Part shown: piece by piece, positions 7,322 through 15,642 of the stretch
How the letters are laid out: every line of letters starts with the position of its first letter
How positions within the stretch are numbered: position 1 is the first letter of the stretch
IMG/VR virus record: IMGVR_UViG_3300033066_001266
Location: 1-22,422 of that record
Source of the DNA: a virus
Lineage: Duplodnaviria > Heunggongvirae > Uroviricota > Caudoviricetes
DNA: 22,422 nt
Direction: 5' to 3' (one strand)
Translations under genes and position numbers: made by a program
Notes under the pieces: model-generated
Database searches by the model: none
What the model was told of the DNA's origin: nothing
The model's input: the letters and a program-made list of their open reading frames with translations, nothing else

Positions 7322-8110
7322 TTAAGCTTTTTTAAGCGATAAATAAGGATATTTCCAATTAATCAGAAAATTAAATATATAATCTACTATTATACCTGTA
7401 AATAAAATAAGCAATTGTAAAGCATATATATTCTCAAGCTTGAAATATTTTCCACTTTCTGCAAGTATTACTCCTATTCCACCTGATGATTTAGCAATAT
7501 TTTCAACACTGGCTAAAAGCATCCATGCAATAGCAAAATTACTAACAGCCATTATTAGAAATGAAGGAAACTTATTATAAATAACAAGTTCTCTAAATAT
7601 TTCCCACTTAGATAAGCGTAAGCTCTTTGCATAATTCACATCATCTTTAGATATTGATAAAGCTATACCAACAGCTCCATCAATCATATATGTAGTTATA
7701 CCAAATATCATCATCCAACTCATAGTAACGGATATAGAACCACTTGTATTAAGCTTCATAAATAAAAAGCTAAGACCCACAGATGGTAAAAATCTAAATT
7801 TTCTACAAAATATTGCAAAAGATTCAAATAACGGTATTCTGGCAATTAACATAAAGACAAATGCTATTAACGATGCGTAAAACATTGATTTAAAGCAGAA
7901 TATAAGAGATATACTAAAATTATCAATAAGATCATTTTTATCAAGCAATGTTGGAATTGCTCCTAATATATCAAGAAGTGGTGGAAATATATTATTAGGC
8001 AGTATAAACCATATAATAACAGGCACTATTATTAATGATGCCCATTTAACCATTTTATCTTTCCCATTACCTTCGAATGGAATCAGAAATTTATAGATTA
8101 TCTTTTTCAT
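7322..8110 (-). CDS. ABC transporter permease, NitT/TauT (SsuC/TauC-like)
   Basis: About six hydrophobic segments and an EAA-like loop (DVNYAKSLRLSKWEIFRELV); clustered with the ATPase and binding protein. Confidence 0.88.
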   Translation of the reverse strand: MKKIIYKFLIPFEGNGKDKMVKWASLIIVPVIIWFILPNNIFPPLLDILGAIPTLLDKNDLIDNFSISLIFCFKSMFYASLIAFVFMLIARIPLFESFAIFCRKFRFLPSVGLSFLFMKLNTSGSISVTMSWMMIFGITTYMIDGAVGIALSISKDDVNYAKSLRLSKWEIFRELVIYNKFPSFLIMAVSNFAIAWMLLASVENIAKSSGGIGVILAESGKYFKLENIYALQLLILFTGIIVDYIFNFLINWKYPYLSLKKA

Positions 8111-8268
8111 TTTTTAGGTTTTAATTCTTCAATAACATACCAAGCGAGGGTTAACATACCAAGAAAAGCAAATCCTGCTGCTATTCCATAATCTTTATTT
8201 TCTATAGAGTAGACAATAAGACCTCCATAAATAAGGAATTCTATTACATAAATCCAAGACCATTTCAT
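8107..8268 (-). CDS. small two-TM membrane protein (53 aa), not in the ORF track
   Basis: MKWSWIYVIEFLIYGGLIVYSIENKDYGIAAGFAFLGMLTLAWYVIEELKPKK*; AAATTTAAAATT leader; ATGA overlap with the permease start. Confidence 0.75.
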   Translation of the reverse strand: MKWSWIYVIEFLIYGGLIVYSIENKDYGIAAGFAFLGMLTLAWYVIEELKPKK

Positions 8269-8279
8269 AATTTTAAATT

Positions 8280-8627
8280 TTAACGATATAAAGAAACTGT
8301 TATTGGTTGTACATTATATGCTATTTTTGTATCATAAGTACCCCATTCAATATATTCTTTCCAAATATCTATTGAAATTTCTTCTTTAGGAAAAGTTTTT
8401 ACTATTAAATTTTTAATTTGGTCTTCTAACTTTTGTCCTAAATCTAATAATTCTTTAATTTTTAAATTTGAATTATTTACATTTATTCTAAGAGTCCCTG
8501 TACTATTAGTAGATACACTGCCTTCAGCATAGGTACAATAACCATTAGATAGACCACCATTATCAAGTAAAAATTTACCTATTAATTTAGCTATATTTGC
8601 TAATAAATCTTGATATTTCTTTTTCAT
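8280..8627 (-). CDS. hypothetical protein (~115 aa)
   Basis: The track start (8654) is inside a hairpin, so ATG 8627 is preferred. Confidence 0.65.
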   Translation of the reverse strand: MKKKYQDLLANIAKLIGKFLLDNGGLSNGYCTYAEGSVSTNSTGTLRINVNNSNLKIKELLDLGQKLEDQIKNLIVKTFPKEEISIDIWKEYIEWGTYDTKIAYNVQPITVSLYR

Positions 8628-8640
8628 TAAGCCAAATTTA

Positions 8641-8669
8641 AAAGCTGGTAGCATATAGCCACCAGCTTT
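8641..8669 (-). terminator. terminator-like hairpin after the SBP-OmpA gene
   Basis: AAAGCTGGTGGC-TATAT-GCTACCAGCTTT, 12 bp with one G-U pair. Confidence 0.7.
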
Positions 8670-8681
8670 ATTATTAATTAA

Positions 8682-10466
8682 TTACTTAGAACGAGAGAGT
8701 TTTATCTCTACTCTTCTATTTTTAGATCTACCAAGATCTGTAGCATTATCACCTAATGGTTTGGTTGAACCATAGCCATCAGAATCTAATCTATCAGATA
8801 ATGTAGGGTCTTTTGATAAAAAGTATTGGAGTACAGCATTAGCTCTCTGTTTGGAGAGAGGTATATTTACCTCATCTGATCCAGAGTTGTCTGTATGTCC
8901 TGCGATATCTACAAATAAATTATCACCAATATTAAGCTGAGCATATATCTTATCTAATATGGAATAAGAAGCAGGTTTAATAACAGCTGAATTACTATTG
9001 AATTCAATACTATACGATGTATTACCTACTACTTCATTAGATTTTGTGGCATCCTTAAAATCAACTTTACTTACATTACCTGCTTTGGCTTTATACTTGT
9101 TGTAAGCTGCTCTTAAAAAGCTATAATCTACTGCTTCCTCATACGGAATAAAACTGGGTATAATTTCAGGATATGCCTCAACATCTATATTACCAAAGGT
9201 ATTATAAACTATTTTATACTTATCCTGACCACCAGCTATACCAGCATAACTAGCAGCATCTGCTAAATTAAATACTCTAGATCCACCTACATTAACTACA
9301 TTTCCATCTTCATCTGTAACATCATAAGAACCATATGCTTTTACAATATCTTCTTCAGTCATAGATGAAGCAAATACTTCTTTACCTGCTTTTGCAGCAT
9401 ATTCTAAAGCACTTCTATGTGATTTAACCTGATCTCCGCCAAGTCCAATAGCAGCAATAAAATTTTCAACTTGTTCTCTGTTATCTTCAGCCCACTTGGT
9501 AATAAATACCATTGTAGTAGCCATCTGACTTCCAAAGTCTTTAGTAGAAGCTATAGATGTAAGACCACCTTTTTCCATTACTGCATTAAGATCACCGGGA
9601 AACCATGTAGATACTCCTGAACATTGTATAAGTGTATCTTTACCTGTAAATTTACCATTTTTAACGAGTTTAAGAGTTACTTTACTACCTGTTGCATAAA
9701 ACTTAGCTGCTTCAAGATAATCATCATTTGGAGCCGCTACAAAATTTACTTTAGTAGGATCATAAGTACCATCCTGAAAATTAACAGGCCATCCCATTAA
9801 TTGAGATTTCATTACACATATATTCCAATCTCCGTCTCGAATTACTGTACATGTTAATGAACCACGAGCATCTTTAGCATATTTGTTCTTTACAAGCCAT
9901 TTATCTTCTCCTGCTGAGGCTCCAGCAAAAGTAATAGCCTTTGCTTGATATTCGGCTCCAAAGTCCTTAGTAAGTCTCTGATTAAGCCCTACAAGATATG
10001 ATGGTAAACCATCACCCATCCAACATGTAAAATGTGCTCCTTTTGTAGGATTTGGATTACCTGAATGGAGTTCATCTGCAAATGCATAGAGATCTTCAGC
10101 TTGTTTAACACAAGAATTTTGAACATCTAAAACTACATTTACTTTTAATTCTTCACATATACTACCTACTGTAGTAAATTTACCTCCTACAGCATAAAGT
10201 AAACCTGATTGGGCATACCATTCCATAAGATGCCCTCTAATTTGAGGAGTTTCCACAACTGCCTGATTACCAAAGTCTGGTACAGCATGGAATGGTGCAT
10301 TTGAATTTTTATCATATGCTAATGGTGGTAAACTGGTTGCTTTTGTTTTTACCTGTACATTTTTAGCTTTTTTAGGATGTAATTTATCCCATACTATTTT
10401 TCCTGCAATGAGTGCAAGGACTCCAAGACCTATTAGAAATCCCTGACCTTTTTTTGTAAGCGCCAT
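8682..10466 (-). CDS. membrane-anchored NMT1/THI5-like ABC substrate-binding protein fused to a C-terminal OmpA-like peptidoglycan-binding domain
   Basis: N-terminal TM anchor GFLIGLGVLALIAGKIVW. Clear OmpA C-terminal motifs: IEFNSNSA.I, IAGHTDNSG, N..LSKQRANAV, GYGSTKP, NRRVEI. The binding-protein call for the middle region is inferred from context. Confidence 0.85.
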   Translation of the reverse strand: MALTKKGQGFLIGLGVLALIAGKIVWDKLHPKKAKNVQVKTKATSLPPLAYDKNSNAPFHAVPDFGNQAVVETPQIRGHLMEWYAQSGLLYAVGGKFTTVGSICEELKVNVVLDVQNSCVKQAEDLYAFADELHSGNPNPTKGAHFTCWMGDGLPSYLVGLNQRLTKDFGAEYQAKAITFAGASAGEDKWLVKNKYAKDARGSLTCTVIRDGDWNICVMKSQLMGWPVNFQDGTYDPTKVNFVAAPNDDYLEAAKFYATGSKVTLKLVKNGKFTGKDTLIQCSGVSTWFPGDLNAVMEKGGLTSIASTKDFGSQMATTMVFITKWAEDNREQVENFIAAIGLGGDQVKSHRSALEYAAKAGKEVFASSMTEEDIVKAYGSYDVTDEDGNVVNVGGSRVFNLADAASYAGIAGGQDKYKIVYNTFGNIDVEAYPEIIPSFIPYEEAVDYSFLRAAYNKYKAKAGNVSKVDFKDATKSNEVVGNTSYSIEFNSNSAVIKPASYSILDKIYAQLNIGDNLFVDIAGHTDNSGSDEVNIPLSKQRANAVLQYFLSKDPTLSDRLDSDGYGSTKPLGDNATDLGRSKNRRVEIKLSRSK

Positions 10467-10527
10467 AATTTTAATTTTAAGTTTTATTTTTTATAAAATC
10501 GTTTAAGAAACTTTAATGTAAATATAA

Positions 10528-10547
10528 TGCCTCCTATGAAGGAAGCA
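10528..10547 (-). terminator. hairpin between the beta-barrel-like gene and the SBP-OmpA gene
   Basis: TGCTTCCT-TCAT-AGGAGGCA (8 bp, one G-U) followed by TTATATTT. Confidence 0.5.
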
Positions 10548-10563
10548 AGAATTAAAAACAATA

Positions 10564-10977
10564 TCATAAGTTAAGCATTAAACTTACAGTATAACATACA
10601 GCTGTATTTTTAACTACAGGCACACTAACTGTAAATTGAGGTGAAATTACTTTTGTTAAGTCATATACTACACTTGCTCCTGGTTCATAATATAATTTTC
10701 TTTGATTAAAATTATAGTTAACAGAATTATAAAGCCAAAGGCCAGCTTTATCGTATTTTGCAAGTTTATTGTACAAATTTACACTGGTATAATGTTCTTT
10801 ACCTGTGGGTTCATATGTATAATCAGCTGATACCCATGTCTTCTCAAAACATAAGCCCGCTTCTAATCCATAATAATTTGTCTTATCAGCATAGCTTACA
10901 TAAGGAGAAATAAATACTGATTGAGCAGAGGCATTAATTGACAGGGCAATCAATGCAATTAATATTAATTTTTTCAT
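10564..10977 (-). CDS. secreted protein, probable small outer-membrane beta-barrel
   Basis: Sec signal MKKLILIALIALSINASA-Q and alternating aromatic/polar beta-strand pattern. Confidence 0.65.
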   Translation of the reverse strand: MKKLILIALIALSINASAQSVFISPYVSYADKTNYYGLEAGLCFEKTWVSADYTYEPTGKEHYTSVNLYNKLAKYDKAGLWLYNSVNYNFNQRKLYYEPGASVVYDLTKVISPQFTVSVPVVKNTAVCYTVSLMLNL

Positions 10978-11933
10978 ATTTTGTATTTTGATTTTACTTC
11001 TATATAATCAATATCTTCTACCTTAGGAACAAATGTTTGATAATTTGGAAGTTTAAGATTGTTATCTTTTGTTAATTCTTCAAGTAAAGCCATTGCATCA
11101 TTTTGATCAGCTTGCTTTTTAACTTTCATATCAGTTATAAGTGGTTGAGCTTTCTTTTCAAAGTCTTCAACATAAGCTAATTTTTGTGATACATCTGCTT
11201 CAAGTGCTTTAAGCGACTCTGCAAACAATTGAGCTTCAGGAGAGCCATTAGATAATAAATCTTCAATTGATTTAAGGCCGTTATACATTGATTTAAGAGT
11301 TTTAAACTCTTCTCTCTTAGCTTCGATTGTATAAGCTAATGTATCAATTGTATTAATCCATGTTTCCTGCATTTCACCAAGATTCTTAGTACTTGTCTGA
11401 TATTTATTAAATATTGGTGTATATAATTCTACACTTTTCTTACAACTTAATGCTTTTTGAGCATTTGCTTGAGCAGATGTTGTAACTCCTTGTTGCTGAG
11501 CTGCTTTGGCAAGTCTGGTAAATTCAGTAAACTCTTCAGTCTTTTTATCAATTATACGTCCAAGTTCAATTTTTTTACCATTAAGAAATAAAAGTGTAGC
11601 AGCTAAATTCTTAGATTTTTTTCTTAATCTGATAAGATAGCCGTCCATAATAGATAATGGATCCATAGCTACAATCCATCTTGTAATTTTCTTACAAAAT
11701 CCTGTGAACCACATCCATATAGTCTTATGATTGAAAGCAACCATCAATGTTAAAGCTACTGCTGGAACAACCATAGCTATAAATAGCCAGAAGTTTTCTG
11801 CTGCTTTAAGAATTGTGGGTGCTAACGCATTCCATAGTTTTAATCCACCAAATATTAATCCTGCTGGTATAGCAAATTTTAATATTTTTTCTAATAGTGG
11901 AGATTTTTGATTAGTCGAAGGCATTAATTGCAT
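10974..11933 (-). CDS. two-TM plus long coiled-coil protein, PspA/IM30-like (tentative)
   Basis: Two N-terminal hydrophobic helices followed by ~230 aa of heptad-rich helix. Confidence 0.55.
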   Translation of the reverse strand: MQLMPSTNQKSPLLEKILKFAIPAGLIFGGLKLWNALAPTILKAAENFWLFIAMVVPAVALTLMVAFNHKTIWMWFTGFCKKITRWIVAMDPLSIMDGYLIRLRKKSKNLAATLLFLNGKKIELGRIIDKKTEEFTEFTRLAKAAQQQGVTTSAQANAQKALSCKKSVELYTPIFNKYQTSTKNLGEMQETWINTIDTLAYTIEAKREEFKTLKSMYNGLKSIEDLLSNGSPEAQLFAESLKALEADVSQKLAYVEDFEKKAQPLITDMKVKKQADQNDAMALLEELTKDNNLKLPNYQTFVPKVEDIDYIEVKSKYKI

Positions 11934-12538
11934 TATAAATAGGTTTTAATATTATTAACAATTGTTTGGATAGTAGCTTTTTCTCTATCTACCATACTGT
12001 TAAATGATTGTAATTTTGTTGAATAATTCTGTGTATTTTTATTAACCTCAGAATTTAATTTAACAATATTAGTCATGTTTTCCTGAATTTGCTTTTGAAG
12101 TTTTGCATTTTCTTCTGCAAGTCTATTAGACTCTTTTGTTTTAGCTTGAATTTCAGTCTGATTATATTGTTCTAATGTCTTATCAAAAATAACTTTTTCA
12201 TCATCTACAGCTTTTAAATATACTGTTGATGTTTCAATCATTTTATCTTTTGTAAGCCCCATAACTTGTAACCCAGTAAAAGCCATAATATACTTTTGCT
12301 GTTCAGGTAATGGTTGATTTTCAAGAGCTTTTAAAGTCTTGAAAAATTCACGAAAATCAGGACCAGGAAGATTTACTTTTTCAAAAGCTTCATCTAATAC
12401 TTTAGTGTATAAAGTTCTATCTTCATCAATAATATTGATGTCTGTGATAGGCGCAGTAATTGCAGCTACTTTAACAACTTTTTTTTCTGGTTTGACTTTG
12501 TCTTCATTTTTAGTAAATAATCCGTCAAATAATCCCAT
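11933..12538 (-). CDS. coiled-coil hypothetical protein (201 aa), first gene of the envelope cluster
   Basis: Helical with a C-terminal heptad run; TAATG-type coupling to the next gene. Confidence 0.8.
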   Translation of the reverse strand: MGLFDGLFTKNEDKVKPEKKVVKVAAITAPITDINIIDEDRTLYTKVLDEAFEKVNLPGPDFREFFKTLKALENQPLPEQQKYIMAFTGLQVMGLTKDKMIETSTVYLKAVDDEKVIFDKTLEQYNQTEIQAKTKESNRLAEENAKLQKQIQENMTNIVKLNSEVNKNTQNYSTKLQSFNSMVDREKATIQTIVNNIKTYL

Positions 12539-12564
12539 AATTTTAAGTTTAAATTAAAAGAAAG

Positions 12565-12590
12565 GTACTGTAGGATTTCACCTACAGTAC
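12565..12590 (-). terminator. terminator downstream of tRNA-Arg
   Basis: Perfect 10-bp stem GTACTGTAGG-TGAAAT-CCTACAGTAC followed by CTTTCTTTT. Confidence 0.75.
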
Positions 12591-12701
12591 TTTTACTTGA
12601 TTCAAATTATTTTCGGTTTCTTAAAACATTGTATATACTTCTCACGCTCGAAAGCAGTACCTGATAAATACGATTTTAATTGGCTTCGTAATTTGAATTT
12701 G

Positions 12702-12775
12702 TAGTCTTTAATGGATTCGAACCATTGGCCCCAAACTTAGAAGGTTTGTGCTCTATCCAGCTGAGCTAAAAGACC
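12702..12775 (-). tRNA. tRNA-Arg(TCT)
   Basis: GGTCTTT-TA-GCTC-AGCTGGATA-GAGC-A-CAAAC-CTTCTAA-GTTTG-GGGCC-AATGG-TTCGAAT-CCATT-AAAGACT-A: canonical cloverleaf, 74 nt. Confidence 0.95.
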
Positions 12776-12837
12776 AAGTAAATTTAAAGGTGACCTGACG
12801 AATCTAATCGTTACTCCTTTAAATTACACATCTAGAA

Positions 12838-13038
12838 TTATTTGTGAGATTTTGCCTTAAATTTAAATATCCTATTAATTAATCGGGAAATAGGATTATG
12901 ATCTAATATTTTTTTAGGAGCAATTTCTTTTTTGGCATTGATCTCTTTGTATGTTTCCTTTATATTATCTGATAATAGAGGATTATATCTTCCTTTTTCA
13001 TCAAGATATTTATTAATAGGCGGTTCTTTCGTTAGCAT
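12838..13038 (-). CDS. hypothetical protein (66 aa)
   Basis: ORF in the operon upstream of the tRNA. Confidence 0.6.
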   Translation of the reverse strand: MLTKEPPINKYLDEKGRYNPLLSDNIKETYKEINAKKEIAPKKILDHNPISRLINRIFKFKAKSHK

Positions 13039-13055
13039 TGGTTATAATTTATAGG

Positions 13056-13232
13056 TTAAACAACTTCGTGAGATGTAGCAGTTGGCTCTAAATCTAAAGC
13101 TAATCGCTTAAATTCCTCATTATTGATTTGACCTTTTTTACCAATACCATTAAAATCCGCTGTAACATTTATAGCTCTTAATAATAAATTTTCACCATTA
13201 GATTCTCTTCTATAGATTAATAATTTTTTCAT
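13056..13232 (-). CDS. hypothetical protein (58 aa), not in the ORF track
   Basis: MKKLLIYRRESNGENLLLRAINVTADFNGIGKKGQINNEEFKRLALDLEPTATSHEVV*; ATGA-coupled to 13229..13441. Confidence 0.7.
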   Translation of the reverse strand: MKKLLIYRRESNGENLLLRAINVTADFNGIGKKGQINNEEFKRLALDLEPTATSHEVV

Positions 13233-13441
13233 ATTTCAGTTTCTTTAATATTAGATGTTTTTTTGATGTGTGTAACAGTTACAGCAATATCTTTCAATGC
13301 CTCTGGATTTACAGATATCATTTCGTCTGTTATATCATTTGTAGTTATGTTTAATTGTCGTGCTCCAAATATTTTAACCCATTCCACAATATCTTTAAGA
13401 GTGTAGGTTATTTGTTGAGTTGTTATTTCTTCATATACCAT
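13229..13441 (-). CDS. hypothetical protein (70 aa)
   Basis: A-rich leader; coupled to the downstream ORF. Confidence 0.7.
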   Translation of the reverse strand: MVYEEITTQQITYTLKDIVEWVKIFGARQLNITTNDITDEMISVNPEALKDIAVTVTHIKKTSNIKETEI

Positions 13442-13704
13442 AAAATTTTTTTAGTTATAGGAATGTGGAGACTAAGGATTGTTTACCATTATATCTCCAC
13501 TGTTAATTGATTATTCATCTCATCACTTTTCCTAAAAATTTAAAAGGCTTTACCTACCTTTAGTGAGAATGTATGGTTAGACCCATATATTCAAGAGCTT
13601 AGCTAGTTAAATAAATTTGCTATTTACCGCTATTTTTAATTTTGTCGCTTATAATAGCGACTACTGATTGAGTCTCCATTTTAATTGATTTTAGTTATAA
13701 AATA

Positions 13705-14013
13705 TTATTTTGTAGGATTTAACAGAATCATGCAGAGTTGTTGTCTAATACCAAATTGTCGTGTAGGTAAAGAATTAAAATTTGTTTGTTTATTTAAAAC
13801 AACTTTATTAAAATCTTCTACAAAACGATCTATGATTAAATTCATTTCCTTGACCATAAATGGTTCACTTCTACCATTTATTATTCCATTTTCACCCCAT
13901 ATATTAATTATACATTCTTTTAATTCTTCTACTGTTTTAGTTTTATTAATACTATTCCAAATATCTAATTCGTTCATTTTACTGTATTTTATAAGTTTAA
14001 GATACTTGCTCAT
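13705..14013 (-). CDS. hypothetical protein (102 aa)
   Basis: Minus-strand ORF ending RQFGIRQQLCMI. Confidence 0.7.
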   Translation of the reverse strand: MSKYLKLIKYSKMNELDIWNSINKTKTVEELKECIINIWGENGIINGRSEPFMVKEMNLIIDRFVEDFNKVVLNKQTNFNSLPTRQFGIRQQLCMILLNPTK

Positions 14014-14236
14014 CTATTAATTTAAATCCAAATCTATTTAACCTACCTTCTTTGTCAAAAAGCGGTTTTTCAGATTCTGACTTTAAATTATATATAGTTT
14101 TACTTTTTTCATTTTTAGTTTCAACTATATAATTAGATTTTAAAGCTACCCATCATGCCCAAGCACCTTTTGTTATTTTTTGATATTTTACATCACCTAC
14201 ATAACAAATAGTATCTTTTGCAAATAATTGCTTCAT
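13997..14236 (-). pseudogene. 79-codon reading frame interrupted by one in-frame TGA (14155-14153)
   Basis: MKQLFAKDTICYVGDVKYQKITKGAWA*WVALKSNYIVETKNEKSKTIYNLKSESEKPLFDKEGRLNRFGFKLIDEQVS*; good leader, and no in-frame ATG after the TGA. Confidence 0.55.
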
Positions 14237-14248
14237 AATTTTAGTTTA

Positions 14249-14372
14249 ATAATAGCTCCTTATAACGTCTTTTCTATGCTATAAGGTTTCATCTTGTAGC
14301 AGAATCTACCTCTATTACACTTTTCCACTCCAGCTACTTCGGAGGAAATTCTTAGCTATAAGGAGCTATTAT
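14249..14372. repeat. perfect 16-bp inverted repeat enclosing 92 nt
   Basis: ATAATAGCTCCTTATA (14249-14264) / TATAAGGAGCTATTAT (14357-14372). Confidence 0.8.
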
Positions 14373-14378
14373 GATTTG

Positions 14379-14453
14379 CAAGTGAGATTGGATTTGAACC
14401 AATACCCTAAAGACCAAATGCCTTTAGCAGACTACCAATTAGCGTACTCACTT
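14379..14453 (-). tRNA. tRNA-like element with an extended anticodon stem; identity unclear (TTT or TGG in the loop)
   Basis: Acceptor AAGTGAG/CTCACTT (8 bp with C-1:G73) and T arm ATTGG-TTCAAAT-CCAAT. The D stem is weak; the anticodon arm is CTAAAGG-CATTTGG-TCTTTAG (7 bp). Confidence 0.55.
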
Positions 14454-14567
14454 GATATTAAACAATATATTAAATAATATACCAATTAATAATGCTACTA
14501 TACCTATAAATAGCCAAAAATTTATTTCTTCTTTTTTTTCTTGTTTTTCATCAAATAAATCTTTCAT
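14448..14567 (-). CDS. small membrane protein (39 aa), not in the ORF track
   Basis: MKDLFDEKQEKKEEINFWLFIGIVALLIGILFNILFNIK*; its stop lies in the tRNA-like 5' acceptor strand. Confidence 0.55.
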   Translation of the reverse strand: MKDLFDEKQEKKEEINFWLFIGIVALLIGILFNILFNIK

Positions 14568-14568
14568 T

Positions 14569-14799
14569 TTACAACCATTTAGGTGAATTATCAGCAAGTT
14601 TATTTCTAATAAAATCTACAAATATAAATACTAAATAAAAACATACAATTATCCAAGAAAAGAATGACAAAAGCAAATTAAAACCTACATCATCTCAACA
14701 ATACAAAGTTTTTATATTCGATTTTACATTATCTCTTAATATTGCGTAAGTTATAATATAACCTATTATATAAAATATAATTATAACTATTGTTACTAT
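14569..14799 (-). pseudogene. membrane-protein reading frame with an ATA start and an in-frame TGA (14697-14695)
   Basis: IVTIVIIIFYIIGYIITYAILRDNVKSNIKTLYC*DDVGFNLLLSFFSWIIVCFYLVFIFVDFIRNKLADNSPKWL*. It exactly fills the slot between the upstream stop (TAATA where TAATG coupling is expected) and the next ATG. Confidence 0.6.
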
Positions 14800-14990
14800 T
14801 ATTTTACAGTGTTTAATATATTGTTAACAAAATCTCTATATTTAGGAAGCCATAGCTTTATATAGAATTTACCATTTTCTTTTTTATGAGCTATAATACC
14901 AGCAGCTTGAGTTTTCAATATATTATATTGATTTTCAGATACTTCTGTTTTTACATTATATTTTAGCATAGATATTTTTTTTAATTCCAT
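14799..14990 (-). CDS. hypothetical protein (63 aa)
   Basis: Track ORF, same strand as neighbours. Confidence 0.7.
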   Translation of the reverse strand: MELKKISMLKYNVKTEVSENQYNILKTQAAGIIAHKKENGKFYIKLWLPKYRDFVNNILNTVK

Positions 14991-15066
14991 GATAATTAAG
15001 TACCCTTGGGGTTTCAGTGCAGTTTAAGTCTCTGTTGAAACGTTAATTATAAGGGAATTGAATAAG

Positions 15067-15201
15067 TTAATCTTCTTCCTCTTTTTCTTGAGGTTGATTT
15101 GCTTTTATAATGTTTTCTTCTTTTAAATTATATAGCACATCCCCAAGCGAATCTTGAGATATAATATAATTTTTTATTTCTTCGATAGTGAACTTTTGCA
15201 T
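15067..15201 (-). CDS. small acidic protein (44 aa), not in the ORF track
   Basis: MQKFTIEEIKNYIISQDSLGDVLYNLKEENIIKANQPQEKEEED*, with AAATTTAAATTT leader. Confidence 0.65.
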   Translation of the reverse strand: MQKFTIEEIKNYIISQDSLGDVLYNLKEENIIKANQPQEKEEED

Positions 15202-15222
15202 AAATTTAAATTTAAATTAAAA

Positions 15223-15246
15223 AAGTGGGGATTGTTTACCCCACTT
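15223..15246 (-). terminator. intrinsic terminator
   Basis: AAGTGGGG-TAAACAAT-CCCCACTT followed by TTTT. Confidence 0.75.
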
Positions 15247-15289
15247 ACCAAGGCTAATGTTTTATCATTTGCACAATGGATTCGTTTAG

Positions 15290-15436
15290 TTATTTTAAAT
15301 TTTGTCCTATTAAAATAGGCATAAATATAGGCGATAATAATATTACAACCGCTTTATCTGCATCATTTAAAATTGGAGAATCTTTATAATAACCAATACC
15401 AATTAACCACATAAATATACAATATAATAATATCAT
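15290..15436 (-). CDS. small membrane protein (48 aa), not in the ORF track
   Basis: MILLYCIFMWLIGIGYYKDSPILNDADKAVVILLSPIFMPILIGQNLK*. Confidence 0.65.
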   Translation of the reverse strand: MILLYCIFMWLIGIGYYKDSPILNDADKAVVILLSPIFMPILIGQNLK

Positions 15437-15453
15437 AGTTTAATTTTTAATTA

Positions 15454-15591
15454 TTATTGAATAAACATCATCCATCTAGCAACTTTATAAATAGTATCTC
15501 TTGTTTCTAAATGTTCTATATCTTTAATTCATTCTATAAAAATTATTGCAGTACCAATAAATAAAAAGCCTAATCCAAAAATTTGTTTGGT
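15454..15591 (-). pseudogene. possible decayed membrane-anchored ORF (no ATG, in-frame TGA 15531-15529)
   Basis: TKQIFGLGFLFIGTAIIFIE*IKDIEHLETRDTIYKVARWMMFIQ*; start uncertain. Confidence 0.35.
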
Positions 15592-15612
15592 ATTTAGTTT
15601 AAATACTTGGCA

Positions 15613-15642
15613 TACATTGATAATCAATGAGTTAATAAAGAG
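15613..15642. repeat. copy 1 of the ATAA-TCAATnnn-TTA motif
   Basis: tacattgataa-tcaatgag-ttaataaagag. Confidence 0.6.

Noticed and set aside
12600-12701. tRNA-associated HDV-like (theta) ribozyme downstream of tRNA-Arg
   Set aside because: Only small hairpins (GCT-TTCG-AGC, TACGA/TCGTA); no nested double pseudoknot found.
12778-12786. TAnnTTTAC as a variant -7 promoter on the minus strand (also 10517-25 and ~19607)
   Set aside because: Positions are suggestive, but the word is common in AT-rich DNA and no -33 element could be placed.
12789-12822. Remnant tRNA-Glu-like 3' end (ggtgacctgacg...cgttactcc)
   Set aside because: T arm is irregular and no 5' half can be found; too degenerate to call.
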